Assembly: GCA_003345555.1 (NCBI GenBank)
Contig: PRDJ01000067.1
Location: 1 to 32,000 of the forward strand
Source: Candidatus Thorarchaeota archaeon
Lineage (GTDB): Archaea > Asgardarchaeota > Thorarchaeia > Thorarchaeales > Thorarchaeaceae
Direction: 5' to 3'
DNA length: 32,000 nucleotides
The notes beneath the pieces are model-generated. The model was not told where the DNA came from and did not search any database. It saw nothing but the letters and a program-made list of their open reading frames with translations. Each line of letters starts with the position of its first letter. The first letter of the stretch is position 1. Shown in pieces: positions 17,355-26,325 of the stretch. The position numbers were made by a program, and so were the translations under genes.

Positions 17355-18695
17355 CTACTGTCCACCTATTAAGTCGAGTGCCTCTTGAGCAGCCTCAGAA
17401 ACATAGTCATACTTGTCATGAAGCAAATTCTCTAGAGCTGGAATAAGGCTGGCGTTTGACACTCCTACCTTTCCAAGAGCCTCCGATGCACGCCATCTAA
17501 CATCCGGCTTATCATCGCCTAATGCATCCACGAGAGCAGGAATTGAAGTAGAAGCAGATGGACCCAGTTTCCCAAGGCTTAGTGCAGCTTCACGACGCAC
17601 AATGCTCTTCTCATCTGCCAGAGCATCCACCAATGCTTGGACAACTGAATCATCAGGAACTCCGATCTTGCCTAATGCTCTGGAAGCCTCTGCACGAATG
17701 TCAGTCCCTCCACTTTTCAAGGTCTCGATTAAAGTCGGAATTGCATCCACAGCCTCCTTGCCAATACCTCCAACCGTAGAGATTATTATAATCTTCATTT
17801 GTTTCTTAGCCCAGGGATATGAGGCCACTAATGCAGGAATTGCGTCTTTTCCAATTGACCGAAGCGCATCAGCTGCTTTTCCACGGACACTCTCAACTCT
17901 GTCCTTCAACAGTGAGGCAATAGAGCCGATTATCTTCGGGTCAGCTACTTTCATCTCACCCAAGGCTTCTATCGCTCCCTCCCGGACAACGGGATTCGGG
18001 TGGTTGATAACCTCTAATACGGATGGGATGGCTGGCTCACGAATCTGAACAAGGGTGTTTATTGACCTATATCGTACTCTCCAATCATCGTCTTCCAGAG
18101 TCCTGACTAGAGTTGGAATTGCCTCAGTTGAGCCCTTGCCGATTCTCTCTATAGCTTGAGCCGATGCTGTCCTTATGGTCCATCCTGAATCTGTCAGACT
18201 TTGTATTAATCTTGGAATCGCTTCGTGTGCACCATGTCCCATTCTTCCCAATGATTTTGCAGCTTCAGTTCGAACCTCTTCATCTTGATCATCGAGAGCT
18301 GCAACCAGGCTTGAAACAGCCACGTCTGATGCAATTCCTATTCTGCCCAGCGAGATTGCTGCCTCTTTTCTTACTGATACTTCTTGGTCAGTCAATAGAA
18401 TAGATAACTTGGGGATGGCGTCGACTGCACCCTCCCCGATTCTTCCAAGCGACCTTGCAGCTTCTCGACAGATACTCCAATCTTTATCCTCTAGGCAATC
18501 TACCAGTTTTGAAACACTGCTGGCGGCTTTTTCACCTAGTTCTCCCAAGGACAGTGCTGCATTGAATCGAATTGACCGAATGTCACTAGCTAGACACTCA
18601 ACTATCTCACCTATGATGCTTGAATCCTTCTCTGCTCTTGCTACAACTAGCTCGACTTTCGCATCACGCAAAAGGTCTTCCAGAGATGCCGACAC
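17355..18695 (-). CDS. PBS-lyase-type HEAT-repeat protein (~13 repeats)
   Basis: Repeated L.D....VR..AA.SLG.IG units of about 32 aa across the whole protein. Confidence 0.92.
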   Translation of the reverse strand: MSASLEDLLRDAKVELVVARAEKDSSIIGEIVECLASDIRSIRFNAALSLGELGEKAASSVSKLVDCLEDKDWSICREAARSLGRIGEGAVDAIPKLSILLTDQEVSVRKEAAISLGRIGIASDVAVSSLVAALDDQDEEVRTEAAKSLGRMGHGAHEAIPRLIQSLTDSGWTIRTASAQAIERIGKGSTEAIPTLVRTLEDDDWRVRYRSINTLVQIREPAIPSVLEVINHPNPVVREGAIEALGEMKVADPKIIGSIASLLKDRVESVRGKAADALRSIGKDAIPALVASYPWAKKQMKIIIISTVGGIGKEAVDAIPTLIETLKSGGTDIRAEASRALGKIGVPDDSVVQALVDALADEKSIVRREAALSLGKLGPSASTSIPALVDALGDDKPDVRWRASEALGKVGVSNASLIPALENLLHDKYDYVSEAAQEALDLIGGQ

Positions 18696-18706
18696 TATGA
18701 TACCTC

Positions 18707-19411
18707 CTAAATCCCAAGATATACTCTCTTGATTCGAGGCTCCTTCTCGAGCTCTTCTCTTGTTCCACTCATCTCTATCTTTCCATCTTCGAGAACATAA
18801 ATGGTATCAGCAACTGCCATTGCCAATACTGCATCTTGTTCGACCAGGAGAGTTGTAGTCCCCTCTTGTTTTATCTGTAGTATGGCTTCAAAGATCCTGC
18901 TTTTCACCTTTGGCGCAAGTCCCAGTGAAGGTTCGTCCAGAAGCAAGAGTTTCGGATTGGCCATCAGTGACCTGGCAATGGCCAGCATTTGTTGTTCACC
19001 ACCACTCAGAGTGCCTGCTCGTTGTTTCATTCGTTCATGTAGTCTTGGAAAGATTTCAAACACGAAGTCCAAGAGTTTTGAGTACTTCGCTTTGTCTTTC
19101 AAAGTGAATGCGCCAAGCTGAATGTTTTCCATGACAGTCATATCATAGAACAGCCGTCTACGTTCTGGGCAATGAGCAATACCCCTTCCTGCAATCTCAT
19201 GTGCCTCCAGTTCGTCAATCCTTTCACCATTGAAGATGATTCTGCCGCGGTCTATCTCCTCCAGTCCCGATATTGCTCGAAGCAGAGTGGTCTTTCCAGC
19301 ACCATTTGGACCGATTACAGCATCTAGTGAATTGTCCTCCACTGTGAGATTAATCTCTTCGAGAGCTTTTGCTTTTCCATAGTAATGATAGACTTTCTTC
19401 AGCTCAAGCAA
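18707..19411 (-). CDS. livF: Branched-chain amino-acid-type ABC transporter ATPase
   Basis: GPNGAGKT, LSGGEQQMLAIAR, LLLDEPSLGLAP. Start TTG 19411 after GAGGTGA (GTG 19420 is an alternative). Confidence 0.9.
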   Translation of the reverse strand: MLELKKVYHYYGKAKALEEINLTVEDNSLDAVIGPNGAGKTTLLRAISGLEEIDRGRIIFNGERIDELEAHEIAGRGIAHCPERRRLFYDMTVMENIQLGAFTLKDKAKYSKLLDFVFEIFPRLHERMKQRAGTLSGGEQQMLAIARSLMANPKLLLLDEPSLGLAPKVKSRIFEAILQIKQEGTTTLLVEQDAVLAMAVADTIYVLEDGKIEMSGTREELEKEPRIKRVYLGI

Positions 19412-20144
19412 ACCCTTCACCTCTGCCCAGATATGCCTCAAGCACAATCTTGTTGCTTGCGACCTCTTTAGGTGGTCCTTCTGCAATCAGCCTTCCTTGA
19501 TGCATGGCAATGACTCTGGGTACTAGTGTCATTAGCTCCCTCAGAACATGTCCAGTCATGAAAACGGTAACACCTTCCTCATGTAGCTGCTCAATCAGTC
19601 TGGTTATACCTGCACTCTCTTCATGAGCAAGACCGCTAAATGGTTCATCAAGAAGAAGAAACTCCGGATTTGTCCCAAGCGCCTTTCCTATTTCGAGTTT
19701 CCTCAGGTCCCCATGTGGCAAGATTACTGGAGGAAGTCTTGCTTTGTCTACTAAGCCAACTGACGCCAGAATCGAACTCGCAGCCGCATCTATTCCGACT
19801 TCTCCAAATGCCTCCCTTCCGCGAGGTGACAGGCAAGCAACTGAGATATTATCGAGAAGGCTGAGAAAACGAAACGAGCGAACCAACTGAAAGGTTCGAG
19901 CCAGCCCCAGATTGACAATCTGATAAGGTCTTTTTCCAGTTATGTCCACTCCGTTGAAACGGACGGAACCCGAGTTGGGTTTTTCAAACCCTGATATCAA
20001 CTGAAAAAGCGTGGTCTTGCCAGCTCCATTGGGTCCAATGAGGCCCAGAATCTCTCCTCGGTGTACCTCGAAATTGACATCATTGACAGCAGTCAGTCCG
20101 CCAAACTTCTTCGTTAGATTCTTTACTTCCAGAATCAGACCCAT
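19404..20144 (-). CDS. livG: Branched-chain amino-acid-type ABC transporter ATPase
   Basis: KFGGLTAV, GPNGAGKT, RTFQ, LPHGDLRKLEI, LLLDEP. Start ATG 20144. Confidence 0.9.
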   Translation of the reverse strand: MGLILEVKNLTKKFGGLTAVNDVNFEVHRGEILGLIGPNGAGKTTLFQLISGFEKPNSGSVRFNGVDITGKRPYQIVNLGLARTFQLVRSFRFLSLLDNISVACLSPRGREAFGEVGIDAAASSILASVGLVDKARLPPVILPHGDLRKLEIGKALGTNPEFLLLDEPFSGLAHEESAGITRLIEQLHEEGVTVFMTGHVLRELMTLVPRVIAMHQGRLIAEGPPKEVASNKIVLEAYLGRGEGFA

Positions 20145-20145
20145 C

Positions 20146-21126
20146 TTACCTTCCTCGTATCTTATCCCATAGATCCCGTACATGTTCTAAGAACGGATTC
20201 ATCACGCCTTCTTCAGAGAATCGGATAATAAGAATCAGAAGTGTAGCAAATATCAGTAACGAAGCTGCTGCTAGTGGCCTCAGGAACTCACTTAGTAATG
20301 TGAACAGGAATGATCCAACAATCGATCCATAGATTGTCGCAATCCCTCCAATAGAGGCCATTATGATTGCGTAGAAGGAGTAGAGTGGCTGATAAACAGC
20401 AGGATTTACCGCAGTTATGTCCAAGACGAAAAGAGCGCCTGATATTCCAGCAAATAGACCACTTACCATGAATGCGACAAGTTTGTAGACGGTTGTGTTA
20501 ATCCCTGCAGCGTCTGCGCCTACTTCATCATCTCTGATTGCTTTGAGGATTGTGCCAAGCCTCGAATCGACAATGGCACGCATAATGATCAATGAAGCAA
20601 CCATGAAAGCTGCCATGATATAAAATTCGACAAAGACGCTTCCGATATTGGGCAACGCAGAGATGCCCTCTGTACCGCCAAGCCAAGTCCCTGTTAAGAA
20701 CAGATTGTAGAGAATCAGCGCAAATGCCAGAGTCCCGAGAGCCAAATATGGTCCCTTCAGTCTTAGACATGGAATCCCTATTAGAAGACTGAATACCACA
20801 GCCCAGCCCGTACCAATGAAGATCGCAAGAAACCAGGGCGCTCCAACGAATTTTACAAATGCCGCTGTTACGTATCCTGATATCCCAAAAAAAGCTGCAT
20901 GCCCGAAGCTAACTTGTCCTGCAAAACCTGCTAGTAAGTCCCAGCTGGCAGCGAATATTGTAAGTATCATTGCAGTGATGACGATTCTTGCTAGATACTC
21001 CCTTCCAGTCAGTGGAACCAGTAGTAATCCCACTAAGCAGAGTAGTGTTATGCCACCCCGAAAGGAGAGAGCCCACACTCTGAAACGACTTAAGCGCGAC
21101 CGCCAATCGAACTGGAGTTTCATCAT
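20146..21126 (-). CDS. livM: Branched-chain amino-acid-type ABC permease
   Basis: GFAGQVSFGHAAFFG, LRLKGPYLALGTLAF, AIRDDE.GA.AAGI. Confidence 0.9.
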   Translation of the reverse strand: MMKLQFDWRSRLSRFRVWALSFRGGITLLCLVGLLLVPLTGREYLARIVITAMILTIFAASWDLLAGFAGQVSFGHAAFFGISGYVTAAFVKFVGAPWFLAIFIGTGWAVVFSLLIGIPCLRLKGPYLALGTLAFALILYNLFLTGTWLGGTEGISALPNIGSVFVEFYIMAAFMVASLIIMRAIVDSRLGTILKAIRDDEVGADAAGINTTVYKLVAFMVSGLFAGISGALFVLDITAVNPAVYQPLYSFYAIIMASIGGIATIYGSIVGSFLFTLLSEFLRPLAAASLLIFATLLILIIRFSEEGVMNPFLEHVRDLWDKIRGR

Positions 21127-21129
21127 TGA

Positions 21130-22023
21130 TTACTGCAGCCTCTTCTTTCCTAGCAGTCCTTGCGGTCTGACCAATAGCATTACAAGTATCACAATAAGCG
21201 GGACTATTTGAGAGAAACTCGGGCTTATGAGATAGTCAGTCAGTGTTGTTGCGTATCCCATTACATATGCACCAAGAATGCTCCCCGGAATACTGCCCAT
21301 ACCTCCAAAGATCGTTACTGAAAACGCAAGCAGAAGATATCCCCAGCCGATTCTCGGGGCGATATAATTCCCCGGAGCGTATAAGACTGCAGCAAACCCT
21401 ACAAGCAATGCTGATATCATTACACTAGTCATCATTACCATATCGGTGTTGATTCCAACGAGTTCCGCCGCTTCAGGATCTTGAGAGACTGCTCGAATCG
21501 ACTTCCCTATCGTCGATTTACTGATGAATAGGGTCACCAATGTAACTAGTATCACAGACCCAAATACCAACGCTAGTAACTGCGCTGGAAACGTTATTCC
21601 AAGGAGTGTGACGGTTCCTGGAACAACCGGCACAATGTAGTGAGTCTTTGGATCTCCTACGAATTTCACGAACTGTTCGAAAAAGAATGCCATTGCGAAC
21701 GTTACCAGCACGACGCCAATGTGCGATTTCTGTAGTGGCTTCATGAGACCCAGGTATGTGACTGCTCCAATCGTTACCACGGAGCTCAAACCCACAACTG
21801 CGGCTATGCCGAAAACAAGGGGATAGTATGATAGTCCAGGAATTGATGTCAAGAGATGGATAGTCCAATAGACTATGTAAGCTGTAATGAGGAAGAATGC
21901 CCCATGAGCCAGATTCAGCAGTCCTCCTACGCCGTATACCAGAGAGAACCCTAAGGCTAGGAGAGCCAAGAGGGCTCCTTGTATCGTGCCGAATATCAGT
22001 ATTTCTTCCAACAATATGCTCAC
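21130..22023 (-). CDS. livH: Branched-chain amino-acid-type ABC permease
   Basis: ALGFSLVYG...LNLAHG, GKSIRAVSQD...A.LVGI, GGMGSIPG. Confidence 0.9.
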   Translation of the reverse strand: MSILLEEILIFGTIQGALLALLALGFSLVYGVGGLLNLAHGAFFLITAYIVYWTIHLLTSIPGLSYYPLVFGIAAVVGLSSVVTIGAVTYLGLMKPLQKSHIGVVLVTFAMAFFFEQFVKFVGDPKTHYIVPVVPGTVTLLGITFPAQLLALVFGSVILVTLVTLFISKSTIGKSIRAVSQDPEAAELVGINTDMVMMTSVMISALLVGFAAVLYAPGNYIAPRIGWGYLLLAFSVTIFGGMGSIPGSILGAYVMGYATTLTDYLISPSFSQIVPLIVILVMLLVRPQGLLGKKRLQ

Positions 22024-22068
22024 CTAACATTGAACCAGATGACTAGGAGTTGTTTCAAGACAAGAAAG

Positions 22069-22092
22069 CCCCCCCTATAAAAAAAGGGGGGG
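22069..22092 (-). terminator. C7/G7 hairpin between livK and livH (attenuator or mRNA stabiliser)
   Basis: Minus strand CCCCCCC-TTTTTTTATA-GGGGGGG followed by CTTTCTT, just downstream of the binding-protein stop. Confidence 0.55.
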
Positions 22093-22123
22093 AGTCGTAT
22101 TCAACTGGTACCATGTCTGTAAC

Positions 22124-23509
22124 TTACGGGTTAATGCCCCAGGGCGGAAGTACCAATGGTGCTGTCACTATTGAGTCCGGATAGAGCAGACCCCCTGTTT
22201 TCACGACTTGCTTATGGCCACCTGCCTGCCATTGACACATCAGTGCCACGCTATAGATCTTGGGACCGATGTATCCCAGGAACAAATCATGACTCGAAGT
22301 GAAAGCAGTGTTTCCACCCGCAGCTTCGAACGGAGCAGTGATGTTCATATCTTCCAGATGGGGAATAATCAATGTCGAGTTAAACGACTGTGCTCGGTGG
22401 ATACCTTCTTTTAGAATGTACATGGAGTCATAGCTCCCTACTGCAGTATAGAGAGGTTCTGACTTGAACTTCGCAAGAAAGGCATCCCAGAATGGAATTG
22501 TCACTGCTGTCTTGTTGGTTCGGAGCGTGGACTGTAATTCGATTTCGTACTGACAGCCGCCACCGGTCTCGTTCCAATAGGAGTCAAGTTGGCTCATCAC
22601 GTCAATACCGGCCATGACAGTCTTTGGCTTTACACTAGCATACTGGGTACTCATGAGAATTCCACCCTGTGCAGAAATGATTGGAACTGTTATTTGAGCC
22701 CCCGCAGCATCAATCTGCTGCCAGTATGTTGCAAAGTTAGCAGCCTCAGCTGTAATTGGGTAAGGAACCTCCTTTACGACCGTCATATTGTATAACGGCA
22801 AGTACCCGTTGAGGAATTGACTCATACCCACAGTCCAATCGAGGTCTTCACGGATGATAGCGACTTTCGAAATAGTAGTGTTCAATACGGCACCCATGTA
22901 GCCCTTCAGATATATCAAGTACTTCAGAAGCGACATTGCTAATGAGGTGGAGTTAATTGGCATAGTACGGAAGAAGTACTTATAGACGGCATAGTTGTTA
23001 GTAACATTCGAACAGAATATATCGGTAGAAGCGCCTGTACCAAATAAGAGCATCTTCTCATCCATTACGATGTCTCTATATGCCAGCAACGATTCGGTCC
23101 TGAATCCGCCTATTATGAATTGGGCTCCATCTTCTGTGATAATCTTCGTTGCAGCTGCAGTCCCTTTAGATATATCAAGACTAGCATCAGCTTCAGCCGT
23201 GTCTTCTGCGACAAGTCCGAAGTAGTACGGTAGGCCACCAACGGTCACACCGCCTGCGCTGTTTATCTGATCGCACGCCAAATAAGCTCCCATCCATGCT
23301 CCTTCGCCCTGGATTTCAAACATAGGATCTAGGATTCCTACGACGATAATCCGTTCACGGGGAGTTCCAGCAGGAGCGCCAGGTGTGACTAGCTGACCTA
23401 TGACTACTGCACCATAAGGAGCAGCAGGAAGGAGTAGATATAGCCCGACACCTACGCCCGCTATTACTATGATGATGAGAGCTATGGCTAGGATTTGTTT
23501 ACTTTCCAT
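22124..23509 (-). CDS. livK: Membrane-anchored Liv-type (PBP1) substrate-binding protein
   Basis: N-terminal TM anchor, A.DQINSAGGV, EDT, FIIGGFR and operon context. Actual ligand unknown. Confidence 0.85.
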   Translation of the reverse strand: MESKQILAIALIIIVIAGVGVGLYLLLPAAPYGAVVIGQLVTPGAPAGTPRERIIVVGILDPMFEIQGEGAWMGAYLACDQINSAGGVTVGGLPYYFGLVAEDTAEADASLDISKGTAAATKIITEDGAQFIIGGFRTESLLAYRDIVMDEKMLLFGTGASTDIFCSNVTNNYAVYKYFFRTMPINSTSLAMSLLKYLIYLKGYMGAVLNTTISKVAIIREDLDWTVGMSQFLNGYLPLYNMTVVKEVPYPITAEAANFATYWQQIDAAGAQITVPIISAQGGILMSTQYASVKPKTVMAGIDVMSQLDSYWNETGGGCQYEIELQSTLRTNKTAVTIPFWDAFLAKFKSEPLYTAVGSYDSMYILKEGIHRAQSFNSTLIIPHLEDMNITAPFEAAGGNTAFTSSHDLFLGYIGPKIYSVALMCQWQAGGHKQVVKTGGLLYPDSIVTAPLVLPPWGINP

Positions 23510-23773
23510 AGACTTCTCTCCTTCATCTCCTCTCCATCTGAGATGTAGTCGATTCTATAACTAAGGCTTCTATTTAAGCATTGGTGAATTTCTACTGCTT
23601 TTGCCCACACATTTGATTGAATTTCGGCAAAGAACCCTTTGAGCGAGCAGCAGGCGACTTAGCAACAGGCCTTGCGCCTGCACTGCCGAAGCATCTGTCC
23701 GAGTACTGTGGCTATTGATGTCGTGCTTATGCCTACTCCAACAAGACAATCATGAGACCGGCAAATCCTCGGA

Positions 23774-24658
23774 CTACTCTCGAGCTGGTTCCCATTCCGA
23801 AGGTATGTGCAATCGCGGTTCTTGCTTGTAGTAGGCCAAGACCTTTTCGAACTCATTGTTGACGTTGACAGTCATCCTTGCGACGCGGTCGTACAGCCTC
23901 AAGGTCTCTTTGTTTGGGCGTGGGTCACTCAGTCTGTGGTCTAGGAATCCCCAGCCCCCATCCCAAGGCAGAATCTCGATCTTGTTGAGAGATAGAAAGT
24001 CCCGCACGACATTTCCCCAGACGAACCAAGGTCCGTGCATGTCCATAATGCCGAATTTGTCAGGGTCAGCTTTTCCCGTGCGGTACATTTCCCAAGCCCT
24101 GCCGCCGGTGATAAATCCCTCTGGTGGAACGTCCAACGAGTCAAATGAGATGTGAAGGGCTTCCCTTTGAAACGAGTCGAGCTGAGAGTCTACCATTGTC
24201 CAACGTTTCAGTTTCGCATTCCAGTATTCGCAGACCCAATGATCCTCATAGTGGTCGGGCAAGAAATACGTGCCGAACCCACAGCGAGCTCTTGCTGGTA
24301 TGCCCTTATGCCGCAGTATTGTACAGAGAAGGACAGAGAAATCCCTGCAATTTCCCACTTGTCGCTTGTTCAAAGGTCTAGGTACAGTCAGCGGCTGGTC
24401 GTTCTCTTCGGACATGTGTGCAAGTTTCTCAACGACCGGGCGAATCTGGAGGGTGAGCTTTTGATGTTCAGTCAAAGCCAAGCCCATTCGTTCAGCCCAG
24501 AAGACATGGACCAAATTGCTTTGAACGACCTGACAAATCGAGACCATGTCGTCAGGAATGCCTGCCAGCATAGATGCATGGGTGCCAGGGTTAGTCATCA
24601 CGCCCGGGGTCGAGTAGAACGAGAGAGGATTCACGACTTGCCGCTGGAATCCGGGCAC
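23774..24658 (-). CDS. Transglutaminase-like cysteine protease-fold protein
   Basis: GNCRDFS...GIPARARCGF...DHWVCEYW...WTMVD gives a Cys-His-Asp triad. Confidence 0.85.
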   Translation of the reverse strand: MPGFQRQVVNPLSFYSTPGVMTNPGTHASMLAGIPDDMVSICQVVQSNLVHVFWAERMGLALTEHQKLTLQIRPVVEKLAHMSEENDQPLTVPRPLNKRQVGNCRDFSVLLCTILRHKGIPARARCGFGTYFLPDHYEDHWVCEYWNAKLKRWTMVDSQLDSFQREALHISFDSLDVPPEGFITGGRAWEMYRTGKADPDKFGIMDMHGPWFVWGNVVRDFLSLNKIEILPWDGGWGFLDHRLSDPRPNKETLRLYDRVARMTVNVNNEFEKVLAYYKQEPRLHIPSEWEPARE

Positions 24659-24823
24659 TTAAGTCTGGGGGCGTTCTCCTCTCGGCGACAATCGGCACAT
24701 AGCGCATTCTTCCAGCTCTAGAACACGATGCGACACTAGAAATGAGCAAGAACCTGCATCTATCGAACGGGCTAAGAGCTAATATGTGTCCATACTCGTA
24801 CAACACGAACGGAGTAATCGCAT

Positions 24824-26287
24824 ATGCCACTCATGACAGGCAAGGAATATCGGGACAGTCTCAGAAAGAGGAAACCGCTCACGATATTTCTCCACGGAGA
24901 GAAGATCGAGAACCCTACTGAGCATCCAATAATAAAGGCATCAATAAACTCAGTTGCACTGACATATGATTTTGCTTCTGACCCTCAGTATCGTGACGTA
25001 ATGACCGCCAAGTCTTCACTGACCGGCAACACGATTAATCGCTTCTGTCATCTGCACCAAAGCACCGACGACCTACAGAATAAGGTTCGTATGTTGAGAC
25101 TGCTTGGCCAAAAATGTGGAACGTGCTTCCAGAGGTGCGTGGGCATGGACGCATTGAACGCGGTCTTCATCACGACGTACGAAATTGACCAGACTCATGG
25201 AACAGACTATCATGACCGGTTCACAGAGTATGTGAAGTTGGCGGAGAAAAAGGACTGGACCATTGACGGAGCCATGACTGACCCAAAGGGGGACAGGAGC
25301 AAGCGTCCTTCTGAACAGAGGGACCCCGATGTCTACGTCCATGTTGTGGAGCGACGAAAAGACGGAGTTGTCATTCGTGGTGCAAAGGCTCATCAAACCG
25401 GGGCCATTAATTCGCATGAACACCTCATAATGCCTACCGCCTCACTGCAAAGTGAAGATCGTGACTATGCCATTTGCTGTGCCGTCCCTTCAGACTCGCC
25501 AGGTATCACCTACTATTACGGGCGACAGTCGTCAGATATGCGTAGACTCGATGAAAGTACAGAGGGGGACATCGATTGTGGCAATCCGATCTACGGAGGC
25601 CAAGAATGTCTCGTTGTCTATGACAACGTGTTTGTACCGAACGATCGCATCTTCATGAACGGGGAGACCGAGCTCTGTGGAAGACTTGTCGAATCATTTG
25701 CGGCCTATCACCGCCAGAGTTACGGGGGCTGCAAAGTAGGCGTTGGAGATGTCCTAATCGGTGCAGCTGCTACAATCGCGGAGTACAACGGCGTCCTTCA
25801 AGCATCCCACATCCGAGAGAAACTCACAGAAATGACGCATCTGAACGAGACCCTATATTCCTGCGGCATGGCATGCTCGGCGTGTGGTACCAAGACTCCC
25901 GCAGGAAACTACCTTGTGGATATCCTGCTCGCGAATGTATGCAAACAGAACGTCACGAGATTCCCCTTTGAGATTGCCCGCATTTTACAGGATATTGCGG
26001 GTGGACTCTTCGTCACCTGCCCGAGTGCCCGCGAGCTGCGAAATCCACAGACTCGCAAGGTAATCGAGAAGTATTTGGCCGGGGCCGAAGGAGTTGACAC
26101 GGTGAATCGCATAAAGATGCTTAGACTGATCGAGAACCTCACCCTGGGAAGGGCAGCAGTTGGTTACTTGGCAGAGTCAATGCACGGTGCGGGCTCGCCT
26201 CAGGCACAGAGAATCATGATTCATCGTTTGTCGAATATCGAAGAGAAGAAGAAGATGGCCAAACAGCTGGCACAAATCGAGGAATAG
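24824..26287 (+). CDS. abfD: 4-hydroxybutyryl-CoA dehydratase, canonical-looking copy
   Basis: TCFQRCVGMDA, AMTDPKGDRS, GAKAHQTG, YHRQSYGGCKVG, MHGAGSPQAQ. Confidence 0.92.
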   Translation: MPLMTGKEYRDSLRKRKPLTIFLHGEKIENPTEHPIIKASINSVALTYDFASDPQYRDVMTAKSSLTGNTINRFCHLHQSTDDLQNKVRMLRLLGQKCGTCFQRCVGMDALNAVFITTYEIDQTHGTDYHDRFTEYVKLAEKKDWTIDGAMTDPKGDRSKRPSEQRDPDVYVHVVERRKDGVVIRGAKAHQTGAINSHEHLIMPTASLQSEDRDYAICCAVPSDSPGITYYYGRQSSDMRRLDESTEGDIDCGNPIYGGQECLVVYDNVFVPNDRIFMNGETELCGRLVESFAAYHRQSYGGCKVGVGDVLIGAAATIAEYNGVLQASHIREKLTEMTHLNETLYSCGMACSACGTKTPAGNYLVDILLANVCKQNVTRFPFEIARILQDIAGGLFVTCPSARELRNPQTRKVIEKYLAGAEGVDTVNRIKMLRLIENLTLGRAAVGYLAESMHGAGSPQAQRIMIHRLSNIEEKKKMAKQLAQIEE

Positions 26288-26325
26288 TATTCTCCAACTG
26301 ATATCTGACTCTGAGGTCTTCAGGT

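Noticed and set aside
14066-26287. AbfD genes as proof of a 3HP/4HB or DC/4HB carbon-fixation cycle
   Set aside because: No other cycle genes are in the window, and the importer/ligase context favours catabolism.
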